Shown: positions 28,391 through 40,997 of the stretch, in pieces
Numbering within the stretch: position 1 is the first letter of the stretch
Layout of the letters: every line of letters starts with the position of its first letter
Origin: the human T2T-CHM13v2.0 reference genome, Homo sapiens
Direction: 5' to 3' (one strand)
DNA: 64,000 bases
NCBI RefSeq assembly: GCF_009914755.1
Contig: NC_060932.1
Notes under the pieces: model-generated
Databases searched by the model: none
Told to the model about the DNA's origin: nothing
What the model saw: only the letters and a program-made list of their open reading frames with translations
Translations under genes and position numbers: made by a program

Positions 28391-29569
28391 CAGGGGTCCA
28401 CAAACAATGGGCTAGCAATTTTTTTTTTACCTGTGGTAAAAACCACATAGTACTAAATCTACTATCTTAACCATTTTTAAGCGCACAGTTCAGTCATATT
28501 AAGTATATCTAAGTTGTTGTGCACCAGATCTCTATGAGGTTTCATCTTGCAAAACTGAAACTTGTACATGAAACACAAATTCCTCCTCCTCCAAGCCCTT
28601 GTAGCCACTTTTTTACTTTGTTTCTATGATTTTGACTATTTTAGATACTCCATATGAGTAGAATCATGCATTATTTGTCCTTTTGTGACTCGCTTATTTT
28701 GTTTAGCACGATGTCTTTGAGGTTTATCATGCAGCATGTGGTCGGATTTCCTTCTTTTTAAAGGCCGAATAATATTGCATTTTGTATATATACCATGTTT
28801 TCTTTATCCGTTCATCTGTTGATAGACATTTGGGTCACTTCTATCTCTTGCCTATTGTGAATAATGCTGCACTGAACATGGGTGTACAATTATTTCAAGA
28901 TCCTGCTTTGAATTCTTTTGGATATGTACCCAGAAGTGAGATGGCTGTATCATATGGTAACTCTATTTTTAGTTTTTTGAGGAACCTCAATACTGTTTTC
29001 CATAATGGCTATACAATTTTATATTCCCACTAACAGTATACAGGGGATCCAATTTCTCTACATTCTTGCCAACACTAGTTATTTTCTGTTCTTTTGGTAG
29101 TGGCCATTCTAATGGGTGTGAGATGATGTGTGGTTCTGATTTGCATTTCTCTAATGATTAGTGATGTTGAGCATCACTTCATACGCCTATTGGCCATTTG
29201 CATACCCTTTTTGGAGAACTCTCTATTTGAATCCTTTGCTTATTTTATTATTTGGCTTGTTTTTTTTTCCCCTTGTGTTGAGTTATAGACGTTTCTTATA
29301 TATTCTGGATATTAACCCCTTTTCAGATATGTGATTTATATATATTTTCTATTCTGTGTTGTCTTTTCACTCTGTTGTTTCCTTTGATGTGTATCAGTAA
29401 TTCTTTTTGTAAATAAAATTGTATTGGAACACTGCTATGCCTAATTCATTTAAGTATTGTCTATGGTTGGGTTTTGCCTAGTGGGGGTAGTTGCAACAGA
29501 TACCATATGGCTGCAAAGACTAAAATACTTACAAACTGGTCCTTTACAGAAAAGGTTTGCCAACCTCTG
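28391..29569 (+). mobile_element. MER58-like hAT MITE split by an L1 insertion
   Basis: The 5' end caggggtccacaaac resumes at about 29400 as ttttgtaaataaaattgtattggaacac...aggtttgccaacctctg. Confidence 0.7.
28418..29392 (-). mobile_element. L1MB-like 3' fragment
   Basis: Antisense L1 (tacccagaagtgag, tttgcatttctctaatgattagtgatgttgagcat). Confidence 0.85.
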
Positions 29570-30704
29570 TCATAGAATATGCAATGAACTCTATTATACG
29601 GTTTCTACATAAAATCTCATTTAACAACCACCTGGAGATGGAAATTATTAGCCCATTTGACATAATAAAGGCAATAAAGCGTAATGGGTAAAAGTTTGCT
29701 GTGGAGTCAGACAGACCTGTGCTATGCTTTTTACTAGTTGTCTGACTATGAGTATATTACTTAACCTCTTCATCCTCTCTTATACGCATATGTAAATTAT
29801 TGTGATGGTTGCACCACTCTCTTTACACACTAAACATCACTGAATTTTAAGCCTTAAGTGGGTAAGTTGTATGTTATGTGAATTATATCTCTATGAAGAT
29901 GTTATAAAAATAAGGATTATTATAAATGTATGAGGTTGATTAAATTGCGTGGCTTCTATTACTGATAGCCAACAATATTCTGCATTTACTATCATACTGT
30001 ATCGAGTGATTTACATATCTTAGCTCCCTTAATTCTTACAACATCCCTATTTGGTGAGCACAGCAAAATGTGTTAGGTACAGGATTTAAAATTTGGGCCT
30101 GTCTGATGCCAAAATTCACCCTTTTTCCTTCTTGTTTCTTTTTAAAAATTTTATTCCTTTAAATAGTTAATATACTCATACATTTCATCAAACAAAGTGA
30201 CATAAAAGGCACACACCCTCTCTCCATCCACCATATTCCCTGTCCCACAGGTGCAGCTTGTATTAGCTTCTTGTACATCATTCAGCATTTCCTTAAAACA
30301 AAGCACATATGGATATACATTTTTATTTCCTCCTCTTTGGCAAATGTAGCATACTATACGCATTGTTCAAATATAGTATACATTGTTCTGCACCTTACTT
30401 TTTTCTCATCTCATAGCATCCCAGAGATCCTACCATATTAGTATTCTTCATTCTCGTATTTGTAGCTAAGAGTACACCAATGCCTGGGTGTACCATTATT
30501 TAATTCACTATTCCCCTCAAGATGGACAGTTAAGTTGTTTCCAAGAAACTATATTTTGAAATTGCCTCCAAAGGCAAGAAGAAAACTCCTAAGAAACGCA
30601 ATCATTTTTAAAATAAATTCCTTTCCTCAAAAATGGACTTTGAAAGTGATAACTCTTCTTAAAATGCGTTGGTTAGTAAATATTTGTTAAATATTAATGC
30701 AATT

Positions 30705-31042
30705 GTCTAAATGTTATGTCTCCTCAAAATTTATGTATTGAAATCCTAACCCCCAAGGTGATGGTATTGGACGGTGGGGCCCTTGCTTGGTGATCAGGTC
30801 ACGGGGGTGCAGCCCTCATGTATGGGATTGGTGCTCTTGTAAAAGCAGCCCCACAGATATCCCACCCCATGTGACATTACAATGATTAGAAGGTCATCTG
30901 TGAGGAAGTGGGCCCTCATCAGACACTGAATCTGCTGGCGCCCTGATCTTGGACTTCTCAGCCTCCAGAATTGTAAGAGAGAAATTTTTGTTGTTTATAA
31001 GCTACCTAGATTATGGCATTTTGTTACTGCAGCCTGAACATG
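30705..31042 (+). mobile_element. MaLR LTR (MLT1A-like)
   Basis: ttgaaatcctaacccccaaggtgatggtatt...gatcttggacttctcagcctccagaa. Confidence 0.8.
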
Positions 31043-31562
31043 TTAGATAATCATCAACAACAAACAATTAAATGCATTACACCAGAGTGACAGCCCCACG
31101 TGAGCCATGGAAGGATACTCCATCTCTATGGATAAGAACTGTGATTCACCCTCTTTAAGAGGGAAGCCCAAGGATTTCCAAAAACATTCCAAAGTCTTTG
31201 TTTGTACTTATTCAGCATATTGTTTCTGCTGAGTAATATTTACAGAGATGAAGAATCAAATATTCATTACTGAAACATCTGTTACCCCTATGGTGAATTT
31301 CTATATGATATATATTTTAAACTAATAAGTTCACCTGAGTGGAATGAAATTCTAATATTTTTATTATAGCAAACCTAGACCCAAAATATTTTAACGCTAA
31401 TCTGTCTTTACAACTTCTACTATTAATCATAAAACATAAAAACAACTTATCAATTTTGTTTCCTTTTTTTTTTAAAAAAGAAACTATTACTTCAATAAGG
31501 CTATGTATTTTCTGAAGGATGCCTGACATAACATGAGTTTGAGCATTAACATGTGAAGAACC

Positions 31563-31860
31563 GGCTCACGCCTGTAATCCCAGCACTTTGGGAGGCCAAG
31601 GTGAGCAGATCACTTGAGTCCAGGATTTCGAGACCAACCCGGCCAACATAGAAAAACCTCATCTCTACTAAAAATACAAAAAATTAGCCTGGTGTGGTGG
31701 TGCATGCCTGTAATCCCAGCTACTTGGGAGGCTGAGACAGGAGAATCACTTCAATCTCGGAGGTGGAGGTTGCAGTGAGCCAAGATTGCGCCACTGCACT
31801 CCAGCTGGGGCAACAGAGTGAGACTCTGTCTTGAAAAAACCAAAACCAAAACCAAAAACC
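31563..31860 (+). mobile_element. AluS, slightly 5' truncated
   Basis: ggctcacgcctgtaatccc...(CCAAAA)n tail. Confidence 0.92.
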
Positions 31861-32442
31861 TATGTAAAGAACAAGCAATAAAAAAGGTAATATCAGCACA
31901 GACAAAATACCCAAGAGCTAGAGAACAATGCGGCCTTCCAAAGGGAACTGAATGAAAGAATTAAAAATGTACAGCTTTTCAAAGCTCAAGAAAGTGACAA
32001 CAACAACTGAATTCAAAGGACTGAACTGGGCATTATCTTCCCAGAACACGTATGTATATTTAGCTTAATAGACCTGAGTACTATCTTAGGAAAAATCTTA
32101 TATATTATGCATCTAGGGCAATGAGAGCTGTAGAAAATGATTCTCCAAAGCAAACACACTGCAGGCTGACATTAGTAGAGGAAAAGAGTCAAAGGCACAC
32201 ATAATGCGTCACATGTGAGTTTAGGTCTCATTCTATATAGATCATCACCAGAGGGAAAAAGAATGAGCTGCAAAAACCAGACACTAAACAGAAGCTGGGC
32301 AGCTATGCTTGTGGTTGAAGCTTAAAAAAATGCATATGTGTATTTTCTGATTATAATTGTAATATGAATTTGCAGAAGATTTGGAAAATACAGAAAAATA
32401 AGAATTTAAGTCACCCACTTATCCCACAATCCAGAGAGATCC

Positions 32443-32448
32443 TTTATT
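32443..32448 (-). promoter_or_regulatory. Candidate polyadenylation signal AATAAA (distal)
   Basis: Plus strand tttatt. Downstream on the minus strand: ggattgtgggataagtgggtgac...ttatttttctgtattttcc (GU/U-rich). Confidence 0.6.
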
Positions 32449-33265
32449 AAAATGGTTGGCATATTTACTTGCAGTCCTTTTTTTCTGTACATATAAGAAT
32501 ATATGGTTTTTACAAAATTGGGCTTATATTATGCATACAATTTTACACATGACCTTTCCTCCCACCTTGTATGACTTACGTAATTTCCCATGTTGTCATG
32601 TATTCTTTAAAGATGTAATTTTAATAACTGGGCATTATACTGAATCTTATGAATTTAAGCAGAATTACTTGATTCTTTTCACATTGCTGGACCTCTAGGT
32701 TGCTTGTAAATTTTCCGTTTTCCAAATAGCACTGTGACAGACTTTCTTATCATAATCTTCGTATTTCTATCTACTTCTTAAAAGAAGCTTAAAAGCCTAT
32801 CAGTATTTCACATTCAAATTTAAATCACTTAGTATACCAGTAAATTCACCATTGGAAATCTCTGAGGACAAAATGCAAATAATGCATATGAGACAAACAA
32901 TACTATTTTACGATCACTTGAAATCTATATTTATCCTTCTAGAATAGTCATCTTTCAGGGAGCACATTATTTCCTCTAGGCAAATGGACTATTACTAGGT
33001 TAATCTAAATGCAATAACATGAAACTTGGCTGACCCAGATTTCTCCAATATCGGTATGCATGCAATTACAATATTCTGCAGAATGACAAATACTCAAGGC
33101 TCTCAAAAACACATATTTTATCATCCTTTCATTTAAAACGATGTACAATGGACGCTAAAATAAAACAAATAAAGTTTATAGCCAATGAAGGTTGATAGCA
33201 TCCAAATCTCATGTAGACATATCAGTTACATATAGTGTAACTTAAGGCTTTCTTCGAATTCTAGC

Positions 33266-33271
33266 TTTATT
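33266..33271 (-). promoter_or_regulatory. Candidate proximal polyadenylation signal AATAAA
   Basis: Plus strand tttatt, about 580 nt after the stop codon. Motif only. Confidence 0.3.
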
Positions 33272-33624
33272 TTGTCACTTCCACAGTTATTGAGATCTTA
33301 AGTGCTCTCATCATATTGAAGTTATTTATAATTCCTGTTAAGAATTATATACTCTTAACAGTGTAGTTTTAGATTCACTATAGTCTATTATAAAAATTAT
33401 TCCACTTTCAAGAAGCTAAATGGGGTTCTTACAATCTCTAAAGTGTGTGTGTATAATACATTCATGTATAGTAATACATATCTAAAATGTTTTTCTCCCA
33501 CTAACCGGTGAAAAGCAAAACAAAAATACAACAAAAACTCCACTTATATCACTGGTCATCGTAACTATTGAATCACTCAAATGCTAAAGCGCCCTCACAA
33601 TTGGCGCAGGTGAAGATAGCTACA

Positions 33625-33750
33625 GCTGGACTGTACAGTTGTGCAGGCTGCACATTATACAACTCTAGTGAGTGCAATCGTACCCTGATTGATGTGACTG
33701 GTATTCTCTGGGGTTGTGCAGTACACAATCCATACAACTGTACGTGACCA
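33625..33750. mobile_element. MER91-like palindromic MITE in the SAMD12 3' UTR
   Basis: Inverted arms gtacagttgtgcagg...caactctag (33633-33668) and ctggggttgtgcag...caactgtac (33708-33743). Confidence 0.7.
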
Positions 33751-33851
33751 CCTTGAAGTTAGCTCAGGTAATTCTGTTTGCTCATCCATTACTTATTTGT
33801 GCATCCTTCTCCCTAGTGAGCTATGAAAAAAGTTTTCAAAGGGAAGTAATC

Positions 33852-34145
<294 letters not shown>

Positions 34146-35817
34146 TTAAGAAATAAAAGGAAAAGCAAATGAACTACTTGCTGAAGAAAGATGTCCATTT
34201 TGGTCTTGACTAACCCTGCCATCACAGAAGTTTCTACCTAAACACAGACATTTTAGAATAAAGGTCTTCCATTATTATTGCTGACACAAATGGATTATCT
34301 GGGTGAAAAAAATACACATATTTAAAAGAGAACCCTAACTTTTAATTGAACATTGGGAAACCCCACTGACTCACACATTCAGTTAGAATGTGTGACTCAT
34401 ACATTCAGTTAGATAAAATAGGAAAACCTTAACCTGGATATTTGGGTCACAAATTGCAGGTTGCCATAGAAACAATGCTCTTCACTGGGGGCTGGATTCT
34501 CAGGCTGGCCCACAGGAGCCCAAGTCACTGACAACTCACTTACAACCCAGCTGAAGAACTGGATGCTCTAACAGTGGTATATACAGAAACTCTAGCAATG
34601 TGTAACACAGGATATAATAACATTTCTGAGAAATATGCATTTAAAGTCCAGTTTTAATCTGCAGGCAACTGACACTCCTGCTGTACCCCTGGCACTGGGC
34701 TGGAGGTTCCATCTCTAGCTGTTGGGAGCTATGCCTTAATCCCAATTACTGGCCTAATGCAAGGGTTCTAGCAGGGCTGAGAGGGAGAAGAGTGGGGTAA
34801 AAGGGCATCCAAAGAGTTCAAAAACAAGGCACCTAGAGGTGTGAGTGCCTGCAGTGTGCAGACACCCTGGGCTATGGTCAGCTGGCATGGCCTCTCTTCA
34901 ACCTTTCTTTCCCTGTATACTTCTCTTCCTACTGTGATTTCCATCAAATTCTCCTCCACTCTGTGCTTGCCCTAAAATAAGCATATTTCCATTTTGAGGG
35001 TTTACTGCAAAAAATAAAAAGAGTGATCATTGCTAAATGCCCATAGCACCACCCACTACTCTTCTCCGACATTCCTACTCATCACATCTGCAGATCTTTT
35101 CTCATTTCCACAGATGAAGAAGAGACAGAGGCAATTACATGTGACGAATGATGTCTTTAGGTATATTATCATATACATTTCACAAGGAGACAGGTGAATG
35201 GAGAAAACCAGTTAGCAGCAGCTTGTGTTGTTTATGCTTCTAGTTTCCTTCCTTTTAACCTTTGCTAAGTGCATCAGTCAGGATAAGTTAGTTTATATGC
35301 TGTTGTAAAAAACAATTCCAACATATTAGTGGCTACAACAAACTTTACTTCCAGTTTATTCTGCATGTTAACTGCAAGTCTACCCATCTTGAATGCTGCT
35401 GATCAATGTAACAAGAGGGAGGAGAGAAGGTGCTAGAAGATCTTCATGCCATCAATGAAATGCTCAGCTTAGAGTCATTTATAAATCATTGGCCAGAACT
35501 AGTTGCATGAACATTTCCACCCACAAAAAGGCCACCAATTGTCCTCCCAACATGTGCCCAGAAGTGAGATGTTTAATAAGAAACACTAGTGAGAATTATA
35601 CTAATATAGATGTGGCCCTGGGCCAATGCCTGGAGAGGAAGTGAGTTCTTGGATGTGCGGTGGTTGGGGGTGGAGGTCTGAAGATTCAGTGGAACCTGCA
35701 TTTGTAAGGGGAATCCTACATAACTACAGCTCAGGCTTGGAAACACCAGGCAGATTCTGGTGGTCATGAGAAAAGGAAGGAAAGGACAAAATCAGACTCG
35801 AGTAATTTCCATTGCTT

Positions 35818-36280
35818 TCTATGGCTGGTGGACTAATGGGCCCCTAAAGATGTCCATGTTCTCATCTCTGGAACCTGTTAATTTCTTACCTTACATGACA
35901 AAAGGGACTTTGCAAATGTGATTAAGGTAAGGAGGATCTTGAGATGGGAGAGTATCTTTCATTATCCAGGTGAGTCCAATCTAATCACAAGCGTCCTTAG
36001 AAGTGAAAGAGGAAGAAGGGAGAGCCAGAGAGACATGTGACAATGGATGCAGAGGTCAAAGTGAAGCGGCCAAGAGCCAAGGAATTCAGGCAGCCTCTAA
36101 AAGCTGGAAAAGGCAAGGAAATGAATTATCTCCCACACCCCATAGAAAGCAGCTCCACTAAGAAGCTGAATTTAGCCCTGTGAGACCCATTTTTGGACTT
36201 CTGACCCCGATAAGTGTAAGACAATAAATTTGTGTTGTTTAAAGCCATGGGAGTTTGTGATAATCTGTTATAGCAGCAGT
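35818..36280 (+). mobile_element. MaLR LTR (MLT1D-like)
   Basis: aatgggcccctaaagatgtccatg...aaaagggactttgcaaatgtgattaagg...aagctggaaaaggcaaggaa. Confidence 0.8.
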
Positions 36281-38229
36281 TGGCCCTGTGACTGGAATTT
36301 ACATGTTTTCAAGAAGTCAAACAGATGGCTTTAGATTTCCTTTCCTTTCCCCATTTCTGGCTGCTGGCACACACAAAGGTAAAAAGTAGAGGAATGCTAA
36401 GGAGAGGTGAGCCTGAGTGCCTGGCTTGCAGGATAGCCCTGCAGTCCAATGCTCTGCTCACTGTCAGACCTTAGTCCAGAAGTTTCACTCAGAAAACAAA
36501 GAATACAGCTTAAATATCATTTATATGGATAATTGGCCTCCAAATAACAGACATCTACATCTTTATACATGTCATAAACTTATAAATACTGCATAAAACA
36601 CTCCCTGAAGCTCCGATGATCTTAATCCCTCCCAACATAAAAATGTAGATCACCCTCCCTCCTTTCTGTTCCCAATTATTTGGGCTGTGGTTTCACAAGC
36701 TGTGGCATTTCCTAGCAAGAGCTGCTGAGGCACTGATAAGACACATGGCTGCTTTTGTCTTAAGCTGGCTGGGCCATCGTTAGAACACAGTGTTAAGGCA
36801 TCAGAGCGAGGGTTTTGTTCCAGTGCATGCAGCTCAACTTTGCTTTGTTTGATGCCTTCCTGTAAACCTGTAGCCCCAGCCTTTCCAAAAATGCATCTGA
36901 TTGGTCAAAGTATGGATACATAGCCCTACTAGAATGTTATTTCTACTTTGGTGGGTTAATAGCATTGGGTTTAAATATATGAGTCAGAAAATTCTGTCAG
37001 TTATAAAAGTTTATTCATTTTCCGACTGTGTGATACAATCATGCTTATGAACAGTTCACATATTAAATGTCCAACTGTTCAAATTATTTAATCCAAATCC
37101 TGAGAATATAATTATTTCTACTCTGTTGGAAGAGAAATTGAGAAGTTAAAGAATATTTAAAACATGAGAGCTGGTTCTAATTTTTCCCACTCTATATTCA
37201 GTTGCGCTTTATCTTCCTTGGTAGGAAAATAAAAGGGTTAGTTTTCAAGAAAGATTAAGGATAAAATTTATTTTAAAATTTCCTGATAAAATCACTTCTA
37301 GAAAAGATCATGATCTGTATACCAAAAATTTTATTAACAAAATCCGATTCACGGTCTTCTTTGGATGGTTTCTACAGATTGATGGTTCTGGAAAATTTTT
37401 GTAATAATTAAATTATTTCTAGGAGTAAATGTCCCATTAATCTCCTATTCCACCACCTCCTGCTGAATACAAAATGAACGAACATCCAAATAAGTGTGGT
37501 ACTGTTTTGATGAGGTATCAAGGAAGTGATAAGCAATCATCAAATTATTTTATAATTTATGTTAATTTTTGTTGTTTATCATAAAATTCAATTGTTAGTT
37601 CAACAAACAATTATAGAGCACTCACTAGGCCTCTGTTATTTTGACACTCCCCCTGGGTACAGTGATGAACACAGCAGACAGGGTCACTTTTGAAGCCTTC
37701 AGGCTGACAAGGAAGGTAGCTCATGGCAAATGTCTACGAGTATGTGATGAATGCTAAGAAAGGCAAATATAGGAGCTCAGAACAGGGTGATCTAACCTAG
37801 TCTGGGCACCAGGAAGCTGTTAATGAGTAATGAACATGTAACCTAGGACTTAAGGAGGAAGCAAGAGTTAGACAAAACCTGATAGAGCAAATATTTTTTT
37901 AAAGTTGCCACATGAATGAAAAGGGGGGCTGCCATCGTAGACAGACAACAGGAGCACCGTCCCAGCGTGAACATTCCCTGCTTCTGCTCACAGGAGTCTC
38001 TTGGCCACCTTGCTCTGCGGTCCTCTGCCAATACAGAGAAGGACCAAGGAGTGAAAAATCAACTCAATCTCAAACAAGAAGCACCAACTGAATTGCCTGA
38101 TACCATCAAACTTGTTATAACAGTAATTAGGTGACCTGGGCTGCTGGGCCCTTCACCAACTCACAGACTCTTGAGGTTAGAAGAAGCTTAAAGTTTTTCA
38201 CACTGCTCTTACTCCCTGCCTTTTACTCT

Positions 38230-39080
38230 TTTCCATTATTAATTATTTATTGATCACCATTATGTACCTGCCACTATTTGGGGTGCTGTGATATGGAGAT
38301 AAGTAGTGTCTTCTGCCTGCATGGAGCTCACCATTCAGTGTGGGAGAAAGGTGACACACAAGTAAACCGACAACTAGATCTAGATCTAGAGACAGACATA
38401 TGATCCCAGATAGTCATAAGTGCTCTGAAGAAAAAGCAGAATGAAGGGGCAGACAGGGACGCCTATTAAAAAGATGAGGGCTATTGTAGTTGGGGTGGTT
38501 AGGATAGGAAAGGCCTCTCTGAAGGGGTGAGGCTGGAACCAGAAAGGAGAATGAGGGAATAGAAGTGTCAACGCAATTAGAGGAATGACAGGGAGATTAG
38601 TGTCACTAGGGCAGAGCAGGTGAGATAAGAGAATGGTCAGAAATTAGGTCTCAGAGAAGACAGGGTCAGATCACACAGGGCCTCAGAAGCCCTAGAGAGG
38701 ACTTTGGATTTTACTCTTCTGAATATGGAAAGTTTTGAGCAAGGATAACTTGGGCATGATATCAGGTATTAAAAGAATCCCTCTGGTCACTATGTGGAGA
38801 ATGGATTTGAGGCAGAGGTATATGTAGGAGCAAGGAGGAGTCCGCGGACTATCACAGTCATCTAAGCAGGAGGTAATGGTGTCTTTGTACTGGGGTGGCA
38901 GGGAAGAAGTAATAAGAAATAGTAAAACTCTGGCTATATTTTTAATAACTTTACAATGCCCAGAAGTGGGGTCTGAGGGAAAGACAGACATCAGAGATGA
39001 CTCACATTTTCAACCTGAGCCACCAATGGCTGGAGGCACCATTTCCGAGCAAGAAATTGAGTCACTGCTTGAGAGAGGAT
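38230..39080 (-). mobile_element. L2 fragment
   Basis: tgcctgcatggagctcaccattc...gactttggattttactct...aagaatccctctggtcactatgtggagaatgg. Confidence 0.65.
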
Positions 39081-39562
39081 GCATTGGAAGGAGGAAATCC
39101 TGGTAGCATTACTGCTATTTTTTCTTTAGAGAGCACTTGGGATATGCAGAAGAATAAACACGACAGAATTAAACAAAGAAAAAACAATTAAAATATTCTT
39201 CTTTTCTTGAATGCTCTTATTCCTTCAAGACTCTCCTCGAACCCCAAAGCTCTGAGTTGTCTGGGGGTAAGGTAAGCATAGGCATATCCTGGCAGAACTT
39301 AGAGAAATCAGAGGGACCTCTTACAACCCAGTTCTGTATTGTTTAGCCTTATTAGGTGCCCTCAGGGCTAAAAACATTCCCCAGAACTCCTTGTAGAGGC
39401 TCGGGCCAGGGAATATTCAGTGAGGATGTTCCCGCAGCAGGAACATGGTACTCTGCTGCAGTCTTGGAAAATTAGAGTTTTGCCGCAATCTGAAGCTTGA
39501 GCATACATAGAAAAAGCATGACTGTGTGTGCTCCACTAGAATGGCAGTAATACAAGAGCAAG

Positions 39563-40075
39563 TGTGATGGTTAGTTTTATATGCCAACTTGACTTGGTTA
39601 TGAGGTGCCCGGGTACTTAGTCAAACATCATTCTGGGTGTTTGGGGATGGGATTAAAATTTAAATTGGTGAAGTGGATAACACAGACTGCCTTCCATAAT
39701 GTGGGTGGGCCTCATCTAAGCAGTTGAAGGCCTGAGTAGAACAAAATGCTGACCCTTTCTAGACTAAGAGAGAATTCTCCTGCCTGATGGCCTTTGCACT
39801 GGGACATTGGTTCTTAATTTTATAGTAGCCTGCCAGCCTTTGGACTCAAACTAGGATGTTAGCTCTTCCTGGTTCTACAGCAGCTTCTAGCCTTTCAACT
39901 CCAACTGGGACACTGGTTCTGCAGATTCTGGATTTGCCAGCCTCCATAATTACACAGGCCAATTTCTTATAATAAATCTCTCTCTGTATGTACATGTATA
40001 TGTATATGTGTGTATACATATGCTCATACTGTGTATATACCCTCTTGGTTTTGTTTCTCTGGAGAACACTAACAT
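39563..40075 (+). mobile_element. MLT2 (ERVL) LTR
   Basis: tgtgatggttagttttatatgccaacttgact...tctctggagaacactaaca. Confidence 0.8.
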
Positions 40076-40527
40076 GCTGGGGGTGTCTCTCCTGTCAGGT
40101 GCCCTGTTACCCCCAGGATTCCCTGGTGCTGCCTGTGTGCTGGCACGCAGTAGTGCTCATAAGTATTTACTGAGCACATATCCTTAGTGCTACTAAATTA
40201 ACATAAAGGTAATCTTCTTTACCACAAATTGATGCTCTCAAGACTACTAAATTACTTATATCAGAAAAGATGTAAAAGACTTGATTGGAAGCTGTTGGTT
40301 AAAACAAGAAGAAGAAACTGAACATATAGAGGGAAGAGGCTCCATTTCATTGTGGTGACCACAGAAACACATGCCAATTGAAAGCAATAGAGAACACGAG
40401 ACTAAATGAGGCTTAAAGAAAGATGAGTGCCTTTTTCTATTTTTGAACACACACCAACTGAGACTAGAAACCTTGCTGAGCAGATGAGCAGCAAGAAAAG
40501 GTGAGGGATAATTGAGTCACAGAGCAG

Positions 40528-40997
40528 TTTATTCATTTCCTATGGTTGCCATAACAAACTATCACAAACACAGGGGCTTCAAACAATAGAAATTTATTCC
40601 TCAGAGTTCTGGAAGTCAGAAGTTCAGCATCTGTTCCATTGGGCTAACATCAACGTGTCGGAAGGGCCACACTCCTTCTGGAAGCTGTAGGACACGAAAC
40701 ATTCTCTGATACGTCTGTTTCTGCCAGCTGCCAGTACCCCCTTGCATGTGGCCACAAATCTCTGCCTCCATTCTCCTATCACCTTCTCCTCTTGCGCGTG
40801 TATAATCTCACTCTGCCTTTGTCTTACAAAGGCACTTGGGATTGGATTTGGGGCCCATCTGAACAACCTGAGATAATCTTCCCTTGTGAAGATCCTCAAC
40901 TTAATACATCTGCAAAGACCCTTTGTCCTTGTAACATTTTCAGGTTTCAGGGATTAGGACCTGATGCTGTTGGGTGGATATTATTCAGCCTATCACA
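40528..40997 (-). mobile_element. MaLR LTR (MLT1C-like)
   Basis: ggttgccataacaaactatcacaaac...agttctggaagtcagaag...ttaatacatctgcaaagaccc. Confidence 0.8.

Larger units (their letters stand above)
32420..33851 (-). other. SAMD12: Probable 3' UTR of the read-through SAMD12 isoform
   Basis: Follows the stop codon. Minus-strand AATAAA occurs at 33266-33271 and 32443-32448, the latter followed by GU/U-rich sequence. The exact end is inferred. Confidence 0.6.

Noticed and set aside
39533-39548. CTCF-like ccactagaatggcag (also ccattaggggcgc near 22264)
   Set aside because: Spacing is off by one base from the CTCF core, so it cannot be supported without a PWM scan or ChIP data.
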